A stretch of DNA of 64,000 nt from Chloropicon primus. Its lineage: Eukaryota. Both the position numbers and the translations under genes were made by a program. Below are positions 21,696 to 32,893 of this stretch, in pieces. Position 1 is the first letter of the stretch; every line of letters starts with the position of its first letter. The stretch is taken from contig CP060765.1 in the NCBI GenBank assembly GCA_023205875.1, positions 372,001-436,000 of the forward strand, in the 5' to 3' direction. The notes below the pieces were generated by a model. It was not told where the DNA came from. It worked only from the letters and a program-made list of their open reading frames with translations, and did not search any database.

Positions 21696-22364
21696 ATGGC
21701 CATGGACGTGGACGGAGAGTCTATGCAGACCTTCTTGACGGGCTCCACCACCATCATCGAAGAGGAGAGTGGCAGTGAGGAGGGTAGTGGTGTTGCGGGT
21801 TCGTCCTTCCAGCCTGGGTCATCGCAGGTGACTATGATGGGAGGCAACGCACGTCCTATCAAGACTAGGAATGGAAAGAGAACTCTTGTGGCTGCCATCT
21901 ATCGCGTTCTTCAAGGTGCGGGAGAGAGGTTGCGCGTCAAAGAGATTCTTGATCTGATCCGGGCGAAGAAGTTGTATGTGTTCAGGCGTATGAATGATTC
22001 TGTTTCTACTGATGTTGAGATAATGCGGGTCACTGTCTGTTGTGCGTGTTCACAGAGCCCCCGCTTTGTTCGCACTGAACGTGGAAGTTATGCCATTGCC
22101 AAGGAATACTTGAATCGATCAACCGCCGACAACCTGAATGAGGAGGACTCCAACACCACCGCCAACAACAACAACATCACGACGAGTTCTCCTTCTCCCT
22201 ATGCTTTGGATTTGAGAGAGGCTCTCGAGTCCGGCCTGATGACGGAGGAGGAGTACGCCGAAGCCGTGCAGGAGGCCCAGCGTTATGACAGCAAGTCCCC
22301 GGAGAAGATCGCGGACTGCAACGAGGCGTTGAGATCATCTTTGCGGACACATCTCTTAAGCTGA
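21696..22364 (+). CDS. HARE-HTH (winged-helix)-like protein; C-terminus probably continues in another frame to 22501
   Basis: TLVAAIYRVLQGAGERLRVKEILDLIRAKKLY ... FVRTERGSYAI fits the HARE-HTH pattern. Confidence 0.65.
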   Translation: MAMDVDGESMQTFLTGSTTIIEEESGSEEGSGVAGSSFQPGSSQVTMMGGNARPIKTRNGKRTLVAAIYRVLQGAGERLRVKEILDLIRAKKLYVFRRMNDSVSTDVEIMRVTVCCACSQSPRFVRTERGSYAIAKEYLNRSTADNLNEEDSNTTANNNNITTSSPSPYALDLREALESGLMTEEEYAEAVQEAQRYDSKSPEKIADCNEALRSSLRTHLLS

Positions 22365-22735
22365 GCGACAAGGAACAATGCATTGTGAAGAGAGAGTACC
22401 TCGAGGAGGTCGGGCTCTGCAAGGCTCCTCGCCGTCCGTCGTCGAAGAGAACACGAAGCAAGACGGCCCGTTCCATCGTCAAGGTCAAGGAGGAAGAGTG
22501 AGGTGGGAGACTGTACGTCAGGTCAACCAGGTCAAGCAAGCGCTAGGAGAGAGTATAAGCAACATGTAGATACAAATATCACTCTGTGCCATCATGAGCT
22601 TTTCTCATCATCATCGTTGCCGCCGCCAACACGGGACCGCCGCGTACGTTGCGAACCAAATGGGGGAAACGTTAGCAAAGCCTTGCCCGAGAAGTATTGA
22701 AATAACAAATAGTGTACAGGACAAGCAATAAAATC

Positions 22736-25700
22736 TTACTTGCGCGAGGCCTGCTTGGATCGGCTCCCTCCAGGCTCCCTGTAGGACTTTGGGGGCTCGA
22801 TGGGCGACAGGTTCTTCAGGGGCAGCCTTCTCTGCAGGACGAGGTCGAAGTTCGTGTTCTTCTTGCGCCGGCTCATGGCCTTGTCCTTTCGACCCACGCC
22901 GAAAAAGTTCATCCTCTGCTGCTCCAGGTAGTAGGCCCCCTCGTCATAGTCATCGTCGTAGTTGTCGTCCTTCAGGGCGACCACCTCCATGTCGATGTCA
23001 GACTGGCTGTCCGCCTCCTCCTCGTCCGACTCGTCCGCCCACTGGTCGATCTCCACGTGGTCGGGCTGCCTCTGGGCATAGGTGTGCCACCTGTGCATCT
23101 GCCAGGGCCTGCTCTGCCCGAACTCCCCGATCTTCACGCCGTTTGCCGTCCAAAGCCTGGAGCGGCCGTCCGTGGAAGCGGTCAGGATCAACGAGTACTT
23201 GGGAACGTATTCCACGGCAACCACCACCTTCTCGTGAGCCCTGAAGCAGAACTGGTGCCTCAGCAGCTGGTCCGAGTCTCCCTCGAAGTCCCCGAAACTC
23301 CAGGCTATCACGTAGCCCATGGAATCCGCCGTGAAAAGCATACCACACTCGTCGTCGATGCACATGGACCTCAGCATGGCCTTCTTCTTGTGCCCGAGCT
23401 TGAGGGAGTGCTCCAAGGAAGCATTGACGACGTTCCAGACGAAGAACTTGCCGTCGTTCCTCAGGGCAAGCAGCATGTTGCTCTTCTCCGGTATGAAAAT
23501 CAACCTCTCGAGGTTCTTGGGCGACAGGTCATCGTCCTCGTCCTTGGGGGGGTTCAGCCTGCCCTTCATAATCCCGTCGAGCTTCCACAGCACGATCTCC
23601 CCGTCATACCCTCCCGTGGCAAGGATCACAGCAGCTGTTGAGATGGGGCAGAAGCACATGCAGGAGATGTCGTCCACGTGACCCTCCAGCCTCCTGAGAA
23701 CCTTGGCCTTGTTCTGATGGTTGTCCTCCCAGATGCAAACCTTGCTGTTCCATCCTCCCGCGGCGACGTACTTGTTGCTGCCTTCCTGGACGTAGGCCAC
23801 GCAAGTGATCTCGTCCTCCCCGAAGCCGTTGAACACCTTGAGGCACTGACCGTTGTTGAAGTTCCACATCTTCAGCGTCCCATCCTGACCCCCGGTGAGC
23901 AGCCTCCTTCCGCTGTTGTCGAAAGACCAGGCGGACAAGGTGGAGTTCTGGTGCACGTCATCAAAAGCAAAGACCTTTTCGCCGGTCTCCACGTTGTACA
24001 CGTTCACCGTGCAGTGCGCATCTCCCGTCACGACTTGGCCGAAGTTCCAGTTGAAGAGGCCGAAGACCAGGGGGTTGGAGGCCTGCAAGTTCGACTTTTT
24101 GATCCGATGCCTCTCTTTCAGCTTCACTGCCCCTGAAACGATGCACTTCTTCACCGGGTTGAACATGAGGGAGGTGATCTTGTTCTCCGGCCAGTAGTGC
24201 TCCTTGTCCACGATGGTCTGCATGCACTTGTTGGTCCTCAAATCCCAAATCTTGATGCACTTGTCGGTGGAAAGACTTATGAGCTGGTTGTCATCCTCGA
24301 CCACAATCACCTTCTGCACCGAGGCCGTGTGCCCCGTGAGCATCCCGATCGATCTTCCCGTGAACGGGTTCCACAACATGATGTCCCTCTCCACGCCACA
24401 AGTCGCGATGAAGTTGAACGCCTTGCAGACGTCGAACCCGTAGACGCCCCTGGTGTGCGCCAGGACCTGCCACTTAGTCTCCCTCTTCTCCAGATCGAAG
24501 AGCTTGACATAGCAGTCCATGGAGGAGGTGATAAGGTCCAGCGTGGTGGACTGGCTCTGTTGCTTGAACATGGTGATCCAGTCGTTGTGCACTTGGATCG
24601 GACCCGTCAGTCTCATGCCCTGAAGCTTCTTGCTCCCGACTTCCACTTCGGCACTCGGTCCGGTCGTGTCCGCTCCCCACTGGTCCTCGAGAACGTAGTT
24701 GTAGATGAACCCCATCTCGTCAGCGTACAGGAAGAGGTCGTGGTCGCTCTGCCTGATGTACTCGCACCACAACGGGACGTTGTCAAGGTTCACAATTCTC
24801 CCCAGCTCATCGAGGGAAGTCCTATACGAGTCGTAGAAACTGATGGTCCGCTCGTTGCTGCAGACTGCCATGGGCTGCGACGACATCAGGGCAATATCAG
24901 TGATCCAGCCCTTGCCGTTCCTGATGGTCCGCTGGGGGGCAAGCTTGTCCGACCACAGCTTGAGCAGGCCGTCCCTGCCAGCCGAAATGTAACTCTTGAG
25001 CTGCGGAAGCCACTCGATCTTCTCGATCATGTCAAGATGCTGGAGGTGGGCCTTGGTCTCTATCCTCTCGTTCGTTGTCTGCATCGCCTTGAGGCGGTCG
25101 AGCTTCTTCATGCTCGAGCTGTCGCCCCTTCCCCTGTGCCTCTCATTCCTCTTCTTTTTCTCGCCGTCCACTGGCTCTCCTGATTCCTTGACCTTGTCGT
25201 CGTCATCCTCGTACAGGGCCTGGGCAAGCTCTTCGTCCTCCGTTGCCATGTACCTGGACTGCTCGAGAAGAATGTGATTCGTGAACTCGTCCCAATCGAC
25301 GGTACCGTCGCTGTTCGCATCAATCTTCATGAAGAGATGGCAAAGCTGCTCCTCTGTCTTGTAGCCCTTGATGCCCTTGACGTTTCTGAAGGCGTTCACG
25401 AACTCCTCTTCGTCCAAGGCGCCGCTCCCATCCTCGTCAGCCTGGTCAAAGGCCTTTTTCAGGTCAATCAAAGTATTGATGTGAAAGCTAGCGTTCTTGG
25501 CGATGTACCTCTCCTCGTCGGCGTCTTGATTCCGCCGGAAGTCGCTCGCTGTCATCATGATCGACCGCCTGTGGCCTCTCCTAGCAGTGAACAGCTGCGC
25601 TTCTTTCTCCACCTCGTCTCTTATTTCGTCCTTTTCCTCCGTCTCCAAGTTCAGTCGCGCGACTTGGCCGGACTTGATCTTCTGCTCCAACGCCTTCCCC

Positions 25701-25998
25701 TTCTTCGGGAGGTGGAGGTCGCCCGGAATCAGCGACGCGCGCCTTCCAGCCATTTTCTTCTTCTCCGTCCTCTGCGTCGCGTTGCCTCCAACCTTGGGCG
25801 CCTCCTCGTCTATGACCATAGAAGCTTTCCTCTGCTGCGCTTCGGGGCTCTGGTCCTCGGCCTTCTGACTGATCTTCTCCATGATGTCTTGCATCGGAAC
25901 AACCGATCTGGGCGTCCTAGGCGTCCTCGTTCGGGATGGAGGCGACCCGCCCCTCCGCTCAGGCGACCTCCTCTCAGCAGTGCTAGGCTTGCTCTCGC

Positions 25999-26002
<4 letters not shown>
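22736..26002 (-). CDS. EF-hand + WD40-repeat protein (WDR49/EFCAB8/CFAP337-like)
   Basis: EF hands DEDGSGALDEEE and LFMKIDANSDGTVDWDEF; many WD40 units (LSTDKCIKIWDL, SGRRLLTGGQDGTLKMWNFNNGQCL). Confidence 0.88.

Positions 26003-26041
<39 letters not shown>
26002..26041. repeat. (TC)n microsatellite just upstream of the WD40 gene start
   Basis: Pure TC run; comparable GA runs precede start codons near 37124-37162 and 40660-40678. Confidence 0.9.
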
Positions 26042-26043
<2 letters not shown>

Positions 26044-26710
26044 TGTCCTTCAAGTCCTGTCAAGCGTCCCTAGTGTCGGACCAATCTCTCAGTCTCCAGA
26101 GGTTTTCCCAATCCAACCGAACCCGGGCGGAGTCTTTATGAACCAAAGCTTCCTCTCTTCAGGAACACGGGGGACTCCTCCCCTCCTCGCACATCTCCAG
26201 CCTCGTCTAAAACCCTTTCCTTCCCAAGCCAGCCCAACAGATGCACCGCTGGTGGTTCCAAGATTTCAATCTTGTACCGTCTTGAGCTCGCCACTCCCGA
26301 GCCACGCCACCTCCGAGACCCACAAGGGCAACCCCTCGCTGTTCCTTGGCCCTGGAGCTTCTTCCCTAAGCTCACACACGCCGAACTCGGTGTCCACCAA
26401 CCCCCTTGTGACCTTGTCCCGAGACCAAACCCGGACAATGTGGGTACCAATGGAAAGCTTGAGAGACGAGGTATCGGATGGTTCAGTCCTTGCCACGATT
26501 CCAGCCAAGTCCTTTCCTCCCCAAGGCAAAGTCTTCACGCCCTTCTTCTTCCCCTCCAAAGTCTCCAGGAAGGAAAGTCCAATTGAGTCAAACACTAAGA
26601 TTACACCCAAGATGGAACCTTGGCCCCGATTTCCGATTCAAAACCTTGAAGGAGGGGAGGAGCATCACCAACACTTCGAGTCGCTTCTCAGGCCTAGGCA
26701 GTGAACGGTG

Positions 26711-27214
26711 AGGCGGTGGCAGGACTCATCGCGTCATCTTTAGTCTCTTGTTGTCGTGCAACTCTTTCTAAAAAGTCCTGCACTCCGTTGTGAAACTAGC
26801 CAGAGACTTTGGTTTGGTCTGGAGTATAGAACAGGGATAGGGATAGACACTTGCTTGAGTCACTTCCCCCGGTCCAAGGGAAGCCAAGGTAGTGAGCAAG
26901 AAGGGGATAGGCGGTGGCAGGACTCATCGTGTCATCTTGAGGCTCTCGTTGTCGTGCAACTCTTTCTAAAAAGTCCTGCACTCCGTTGTGAAACTAGCCA
27001 GAGACTTTGGTTTGGTCTGGAGTATAGAACAGGGATAGGGATAGACACTTGCTTGAGTCACTTCCCCCGGTCCAAGGGAAGCCAAGGTAGTGAGCAAGAA
27101 GGGGATAGGCGGTGGCAGGACTCATCGTGTCATCTTGAGGCTCTCGTTGTCGTGCAACTCTTTCTAAAAAGTCCTGCACTCCGTTGTGAAACCAGCCAAA
27201 GACTTTGGTTTGGT
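26711..27214. repeat. Tandem array of a 198-bp unit, about 2.5 copies (starts 26711, 26909, 27107)
   Basis: Near-identical units, each starting AGGCGGTGGCAGGACTCATCG. Confidence 0.96.
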
Positions 27215-27311
27215 GCTGCCTGATAATACTCTCATTTGACAGCTTTGGAGACACACACACACACGCACGCACGCACAGAGGCGCAGAGGGAAGCGAAGGG
27301 TAGCAGAGACC

Positions 27312-28244
27312 ATGGCGACTGGAACCGATCCAGCAGGCGATGCCTCCACGAGCTCCAACGACGGAGCCACTTTGGAGAAGGTGAGTCCCAGATCGAGATA
27401 GGATAAGATATCGAAACTCTGTCGAGACTTGAAGAAGCAAATCGAGTGTGGGGTCGCAGCGACGGTTGGTGATCTAAACACCGCTGGGCTTTCCTTTCCT
27501 TGTTGCTTTTGATTTCGTTCTGGACCTCGCTCAATCATGGATGCCCCAGGTGATGAAGAGCAACGCCCTGAAGGTCATCTTGCTCGGTGACGCTGCTGCT
27601 GGGAAGTCCAAGCTCATCGAGCGTTTCTTGCTCGAGGGGTACGTCCCGCACAGACTCTCCACGTATGCAGTTACCATTTACAACCACGTCTGGAAGAAAG
27701 CGGATGGCGACGAGGTTCCTGTTGTCTTCTGGGACACGGCTGGCCAGGAAAAATTCAACAAGCTTCATCCCTCCTACTACTATCAGGCCCACGTTTGCAT
27801 CCTGGTCTTCGACGTGACCAGGAAGCTGACGTACAAGAACCTGGATCGATGGTACAAGGAGCTCCAGGAATATTGCGAAGGGATTCCAACCTTCGTGGTG
27901 GCGAACAAGATTGACATTGATTACAAGGTGGGACTCCTTCCGTCGCCTCGGTGCGGACCGCGTGCGCTCGTCATTTCATTCGTGCAAGGAAACTGACTTT
28001 ACTCTCCGTCCTTTTGCTTCTTGTGTTGCAGGTCACCTCAAAGTCCTTCAACTTTGCGACGAAGAGGAACTTGCCCTTCTTCTTCGTCTCCGCGAGCGAT
28101 GGGACGAACGTTGTCAAGGTGTTCAACCAAGTCTTGGAGGCAGCTCTAGAGAGGAAGGAGAACCCGCCGGACGACTACTACAGCCAGGTGATGGACTTGC
28201 TGCAGGAGGGCGAGCTCAGCGGGAAGGAGACTGTGCAAGTATGA
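27312..28244 (+). CDS. RABL2: Rab-like GTPase RABL2; exons 27312-27380, 27550-27927, 28032-28244
   Basis: GDAAAGKSKLIERFL, FWDTAGQEKF..HPSYY, VANKID, FFVSASDGTNVVKVF; no C-terminal prenylation motif. Confidence 0.92.
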
Positions 28245-28402
28245 GGCGGGGCGAGGGAAGACAATGCTGCCGCCGGGTCGTGCAAACAAAAAATTTGTCG
28301 GCGTTGAACATTTTTTATTTCTTATACATCAAGAGTTTGCGCGCAAGGATCCCGAGCTGGAGGCATCAGCATCATCATCACGACGGCGGTGGCGGTGCCT
28401 CG

Positions 28403-29304
28403 TCAATTCTTTTTGCCAAAGAAGAGGAAACCCTTCTTTCCCTCTGCTTTCTTGTTCTGGCCACCTTGCTTCTTCCCATTGTCCTTGGACTTGACCTCCT
28501 TCTTCGGTTCCTCCTTCTTGGGTTTCGCGACTTCCTTTGCCTTCTTGCTCTCCTCTTGCGCCCTCTTCTTCGATGCTTCCGCCTCCGACTGTCGTAGTGC
28601 GACACAGAAAGCGAAGAGTCAGTCAGCCAGGCGTCGCACCCGGGTGGCCGTGTTCCAGCAGCCCCCCCAAAACGACATAGCAAACGGGTTAAACCCTACC
28701 AACTTACCTTCTTCTTGTTGGCCACCTTGGCTGGAGCCTGCCTCTTCCTCTGCGCGGTCTTCCTCGCCTTCTTCTTCGCCTGCTTGGGCTTCTTCTCCTC
28801 CTTGGCAGGCTTCGTGACCTTGGCGGGAGCGGCAGCAGGAGCCTGCGTCGCCGTCGAGCGTGGCGTCGCCACCTTGGCCTCGATCTGCCTGTTGTCCGTC
28901 ACCAAGAGCACCTGGCCCGGAAGTATCAAGTTAGCGTTCTTGAGCTTGTTGTCCTTGACGATCTGGCTCACGTTCGCTTCCGTGTAATCGCCCACGTACT
29001 TGACGAGAATATCGCCAAGCGTCTGGTCCTCCTGGACGGTCACCTTGATCTTCGGCCCGTTGCTCCTCTTCTTCGCTCCTCCCTTGCTCTTCGAGCAGGA
29101 CGAGCCCGGCAGGCACAAGTTCAAGTTCGTGCCACGGACCAAGAGCACGATTCCACCGACGACGCAACCCGTGGCGAAAGAGAACAAAGCAGGGTTGGCT
29201 TCCCTCATGTTCCCCAACTTGTTCTTGATCCATCCGATGGGTCCAGACCCCTTGTCGTTCCCCTTCCCTGCGGGGTCCTCGCCATACACGTCGTCCATCT
29301 TCAT
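28403..29304 (-). CDS. Membrane-anchored LysM-domain protein with Lys/Ala-rich tail; exons 29304-28708 and 28588-28403
   Basis: Hydrophobic segment FATGCVVGGIVLLV; LysM-like VTVQEDQTLGDI...IVKDNKLKNANLILPGQVLLV; GTAAGT..CAG intron. Confidence 0.8.
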
Positions 29305-29478
29305 CTCGCGTCAACACTTGACAGCCGTCCTCTCACTCTACGACGCCCTGTCCTCGTCGTCGTCGTCCTCGTCGCCCTCGTCGTCGTCGTCCTCGCCCTC
29401 GTCCGTTTCCTTCCTTTCACCAATGAGAACGTTTCGTTCGGAGAGGAGTAGCACGAGATCATGATCATGAGGAAGGAG

Positions 29479-29553
29479 GGGGAACAAGAGCAAGAGAATG
29501 ACAATGAGGGGGGGACAAGAGCAAGAGAATGGTAATGAGGGGGGGACAAGAGC
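29479..29553. repeat. Short tandem repeat of about 30 bp (GGGGACAAGAGCAAGAGAATG..AATGAG), about 2.5 copies
   Basis: Directly visible in the intergenic spacer. Confidence 0.8.
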
Positions 29554-29783
29554 ACACCTTTCCTCGATGCTCTCGGGGTCTTGCCCTGTCATTGTCATTC
29601 CATTCATTCCCTAGACAGAGACAGAGACAGAGACAGAGACAATGGGTGAGGGTGGGGGTGATCCTGATCCTCTTTGAGAGAGAGAGAGAGAGAGGGCGGG
29701 CTCCAAGACGATGAATCACACATTGCACAACAAATACATACACACATTATTATTATTATTGTTACTGGTTACTAGTTACTATT

Positions 29784-31368
29784 TTAAACGGAGGAAAAGA
29801 TGGCGCTGGTGTGGTTGAAGCCGCACGAAACCTTGTCCGCGACCGTGCTCCCCTTGCCCCCCGCGGGCGGCTTGCAGAGCGTGGGCTCCCAGTAATCGAA
29901 CACGTTGTCATGGCCGAGCTGGCCGCCCGAGTCGTACAGCGCTGAAGTGCCCATGGATCCGCCCCAGCCCCAGGTGAACAGCTTCCCCTCCCTCGTCACG
30001 GCGGCGGAGTGCTTCCACCCGCAGCTGATGTCGACGACGTCCTCGTCAAGCTCCAGCTTCTGAGGCACCCTCAGGTTGCTCGAGCCCTTCCTCCCCGTGC
30101 CCAGGCACCCGTTCTGGTTCGCGCCCCACACGTACACGCTGCCGTTGTGGGCCAACGCCATCGAGTGCGTCGTCCCGAGGGCTAACTTCTTGATGTAGCT
30201 CAGCCCGGCCACCCTCCCCGGCACCCACGCGTCCACGTCCCTTTCGTGGCCCAGCTTCCAGAAGCTCCCCTGACCCCAAGTGTGGACCCCGCCGGAGTCG
30301 TCCACGCACCCGGTGTACGTGTCCCCGCAAGAGATGGAGGCCACCCTGATCGAGCTCTCCTCGAAGTGCATGACTTTTCTTGGCGTCCACTCGTCCTTGG
30401 AAGAGATGAAAATGAATCGCTTCACCATGCCGTGGCCCAACACACCGTAGTCGCTAGCGCCCCAGGTGAAAACCTCGCCTTGGCTCGACACGCAAGCCAT
30501 GTGCATCGCTCCCAGGGCGATCCTGTCGATCTCGTAACCCCCGAGGGACGAGACGGGCTCGAACGTCGAGACCGACCTCGGGCTCCCCTTCCCGAGCCCA
30601 AGCTTGCCTTTCCTGTTCGACCCCGCGGCGAAGACTCTCCCGTCTCGAGTCAGCACCGCGCTGTGGTCCCTCCCGGCGCAGACCTGCCTGACCCGAGTTC
30701 CCTCGAGCGAGGCCACTCGCGTCGGCGTGGCCACGAACTCCTCGTCCGTTCCCAATCCAAGCTGCCCACGTTCGTTCAGGCCCATCGCGTACACCCTTCC
30801 TTCACCATCCAGCAGGAGCGTGTGCGCCCCCCCCGAAGACACACTGTGCACGCTCACACCCTCCAGACTCGAGCAGAACACCGGGACCTCCACGTTACCG
30901 CACTCCTCGCCGTGGCCGAGCCTGCCGAGATCGCCTTGGTCCCCAAGCATCCGAAACAGGTCAGGTCACCAGCGGGTCAGTACTGCAAGCTGCTGTGACG
31001 AAGGAAAGCTTTTGTTGGATGGTGCAGGAGTGACAGATCACACCCCCGCACAACTCACCGTTCCCCCACGTCGCCAAAGACCCGTAGAATCGGCCACTGT
31101 GACTCCCCCCGAGGCCGAGGCTTCCTGCACGACGTGGCAGATGCCGTGGCCACAAACAACTTCTCCATGGAAATGGATGGAGGACACCATTGTTTTCTCC
31201 GCTCCGCTTGAACTTGGTCTCCTTCACCATCGATGGCGGTTCTCGGGGTGCCGCCGCGAATCCCACCATCGAGCAAGAGACCCGCGCATCGTGCAGACCC
31301 ACGCGGCACAACTTTATCCACCTCCTCCTGGTCGCCATCGCCCATCTCCCGCCAAAAAAACTTTGCAT
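29784..31368 (-). CDS. RCC1/UVR8-like repeat protein with probable transit peptide; exons about 31368-31059 and 30934-29784
   Basis: Splicing restores LATWGNG-DLGRLGHG; multiple RCC1 repeats (GGAHT, GRDHS, GAMH, GWKHS, GFNHT); start uncertain. Confidence 0.87.
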
Positions 31369-31554
31369 TTTTTCCACTCGAACTGGCGGGAAGGAGCTTT
31401 GTGGGTTGCTATCTATCGTGATTCGTTCCTCCTGGGGAGAGGGCAGGGTCTTGGTGCGCTCTCCGACCAGTATCACGCCAAGGTAGAGCTCGGGAGCTTT
31501 CGAAAGAGCCCTCACTCGACCCGTTTTCGTTTTGGGATTGAGTTTGTTTGTTTG

Positions 31555-32565
31555 ATGATGATGATGACGATGATGATGATGATGATGTTGGAGGACTTGA
31601 GGGGGTTCGTGGTGGGAGCGCTGGGGGAGGCGAGGGCGAGCGCGGTGGAGGCGGAGGGACCGTTCGAAGCGAGCGTGATCCTCTGCGGATCCTGCATGGT
31701 CTTCTGTTTGGTGGCTTCCTGGTTCACAGGGGACTACTCTTTCGTGGACCGGCTGTGGTCTGTGACGCCCTTCGCGTACGCGACTCTATACGCCGTGCAC
31801 GGGGACTACGACCCGAGGCTCGTCATCATGGCCTCCCTGGCGACCGCTTGGGGCCTCCGCCTGTCGTACAACTTTTACCGCAAGGGGGGCTACCAAATCG
31901 GGAACGAGGACTACAGGTGGCCCATCGTCAAGTCCTGGTTCAAGGGAAACGCTTTCCTGTGGCAGCTCTTCAACGTCGGGTTCATCTGCGGGTACCAGCA
32001 CTTTCTCCTCTGGCTGATTGCGACCCCGGCACTGGTCGCGTACAACAACAGGGGGGCGCCCTTGAACAACTGGGACCTCGCAGCGGCGGCGGGTTTTGTT
32101 TGCATGCTCGTCCTCGAAACGGCCGCAGACCAGCAGCAGTGGCAGTTTCAGCAATCCAAGTACAACAAGATGAAGCGCCTGAAGCACCTCAAGGGCGATT
32201 ACAAGCGTGGCTTCCTGACCAGCGGACTGTTCAGGTACTCCAGGCACCCGAACTTCTTTGCGGAGCAGTCCATGTGGTGGTGCTTTTACCTCTTCTCCGT
32301 GGCATCGTCGCTGGGGAAGCCGCAGCCACCTCCGCAAGGCTTCCTGGACAAAATCTTGGGCGCGCTGGGCATGGCCGCCCAGCAGGATTCGGCGGAGCCC
32401 GAGGTGTTGAACTGGACGATTGCCGGTGCCGTTCTCCTCAGCCTCTTGTTCCAAGGGTCCACGCCGCTCACGGAAGCGATTAGTCTGAAGAAGTACCCCG
32501 CGTACGAGTCCTACCAGAAGACAGTGTCGATGCTCCTCCCCCTGCCCCCAAAGTCTTCGCCCTAG
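31555..32565 (+). CDS. DUF1295 / steroid 5-alpha-reductase-like membrane protein
   Basis: SFVDRLWS, WGLRLSYNFYRKGGY..EDYRW, ETAADQQQW, GLFRYSRHPNFFAEQ, KYPAY. Confidence 0.9.
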   Translation: MMMMTMMMMMMLEDLRGFVVGALGEARASAVEAEGPFEASVILCGSCMVFCLVASWFTGDYSFVDRLWSVTPFAYATLYAVHGDYDPRLVIMASLATAWGLRLSYNFYRKGGYQIGNEDYRWPIVKSWFKGNAFLWQLFNVGFICGYQHFLLWLIATPALVAYNNRGAPLNNWDLAAAAGFVCMLVLETAADQQQWQFQQSKYNKMKRLKHLKGDYKRGFLTSGLFRYSRHPNFFAEQSMWWCFYLFSVASSLGKPQPPPQGFLDKILGALGMAAQQDSAEPEVLNWTIAGAVLLSLLFQGSTPLTEAISLKKYPAYESYQKTVSMLLPLPPKSSP

Positions 32566-32893
32566 CGGCGCCACGGGAGGCCAAGGAAGGCCACAAGACT
32601 CATTCTCCTCGATCACGTGAAATAAATCCAAAAGCAAGCCAGGTTCACCTCAACTTTACTTGGGATCCATATTTTCGGCTCAGCAGCCGTCCAAACTCTA
32701 CTGAAGACTGTTTCACAACGGGGCAACATTGAGGTGCCCTTGGAAAGTCCAATAGGCGAACTGCCGTGCCCACCATCCTATCCGAGTCATAGTGCGATCC
32801 ACCTTTCACCTCCATGATGCCCAACTCCTTTCCCTTCCTTTCCCCTTCCTCCTCAGCACTGGCCAGCTTCAGCTGCTGATGATCAAAGAGGCC

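Noticed and set aside
26711..27214. CRISPR array or hammerhead ribozyme reading of the tandem array
   Set aside because: Units are identical along their length with no unique spacers and no cas genes; no CTGATGA..GAAA core in correct order on either strand.
26756..27223. 155-aa ORF running through the 198-bp array
   Set aside because: No ATG start; it stays open simply because the unit length is a multiple of three.
30604..31554. N-terminal ~315 aa of the 653-aa ORF
   Set aside because: Antisense to the RCC1 gene; the DUF1295 homology begins only after the (ATG)n run at 31555.
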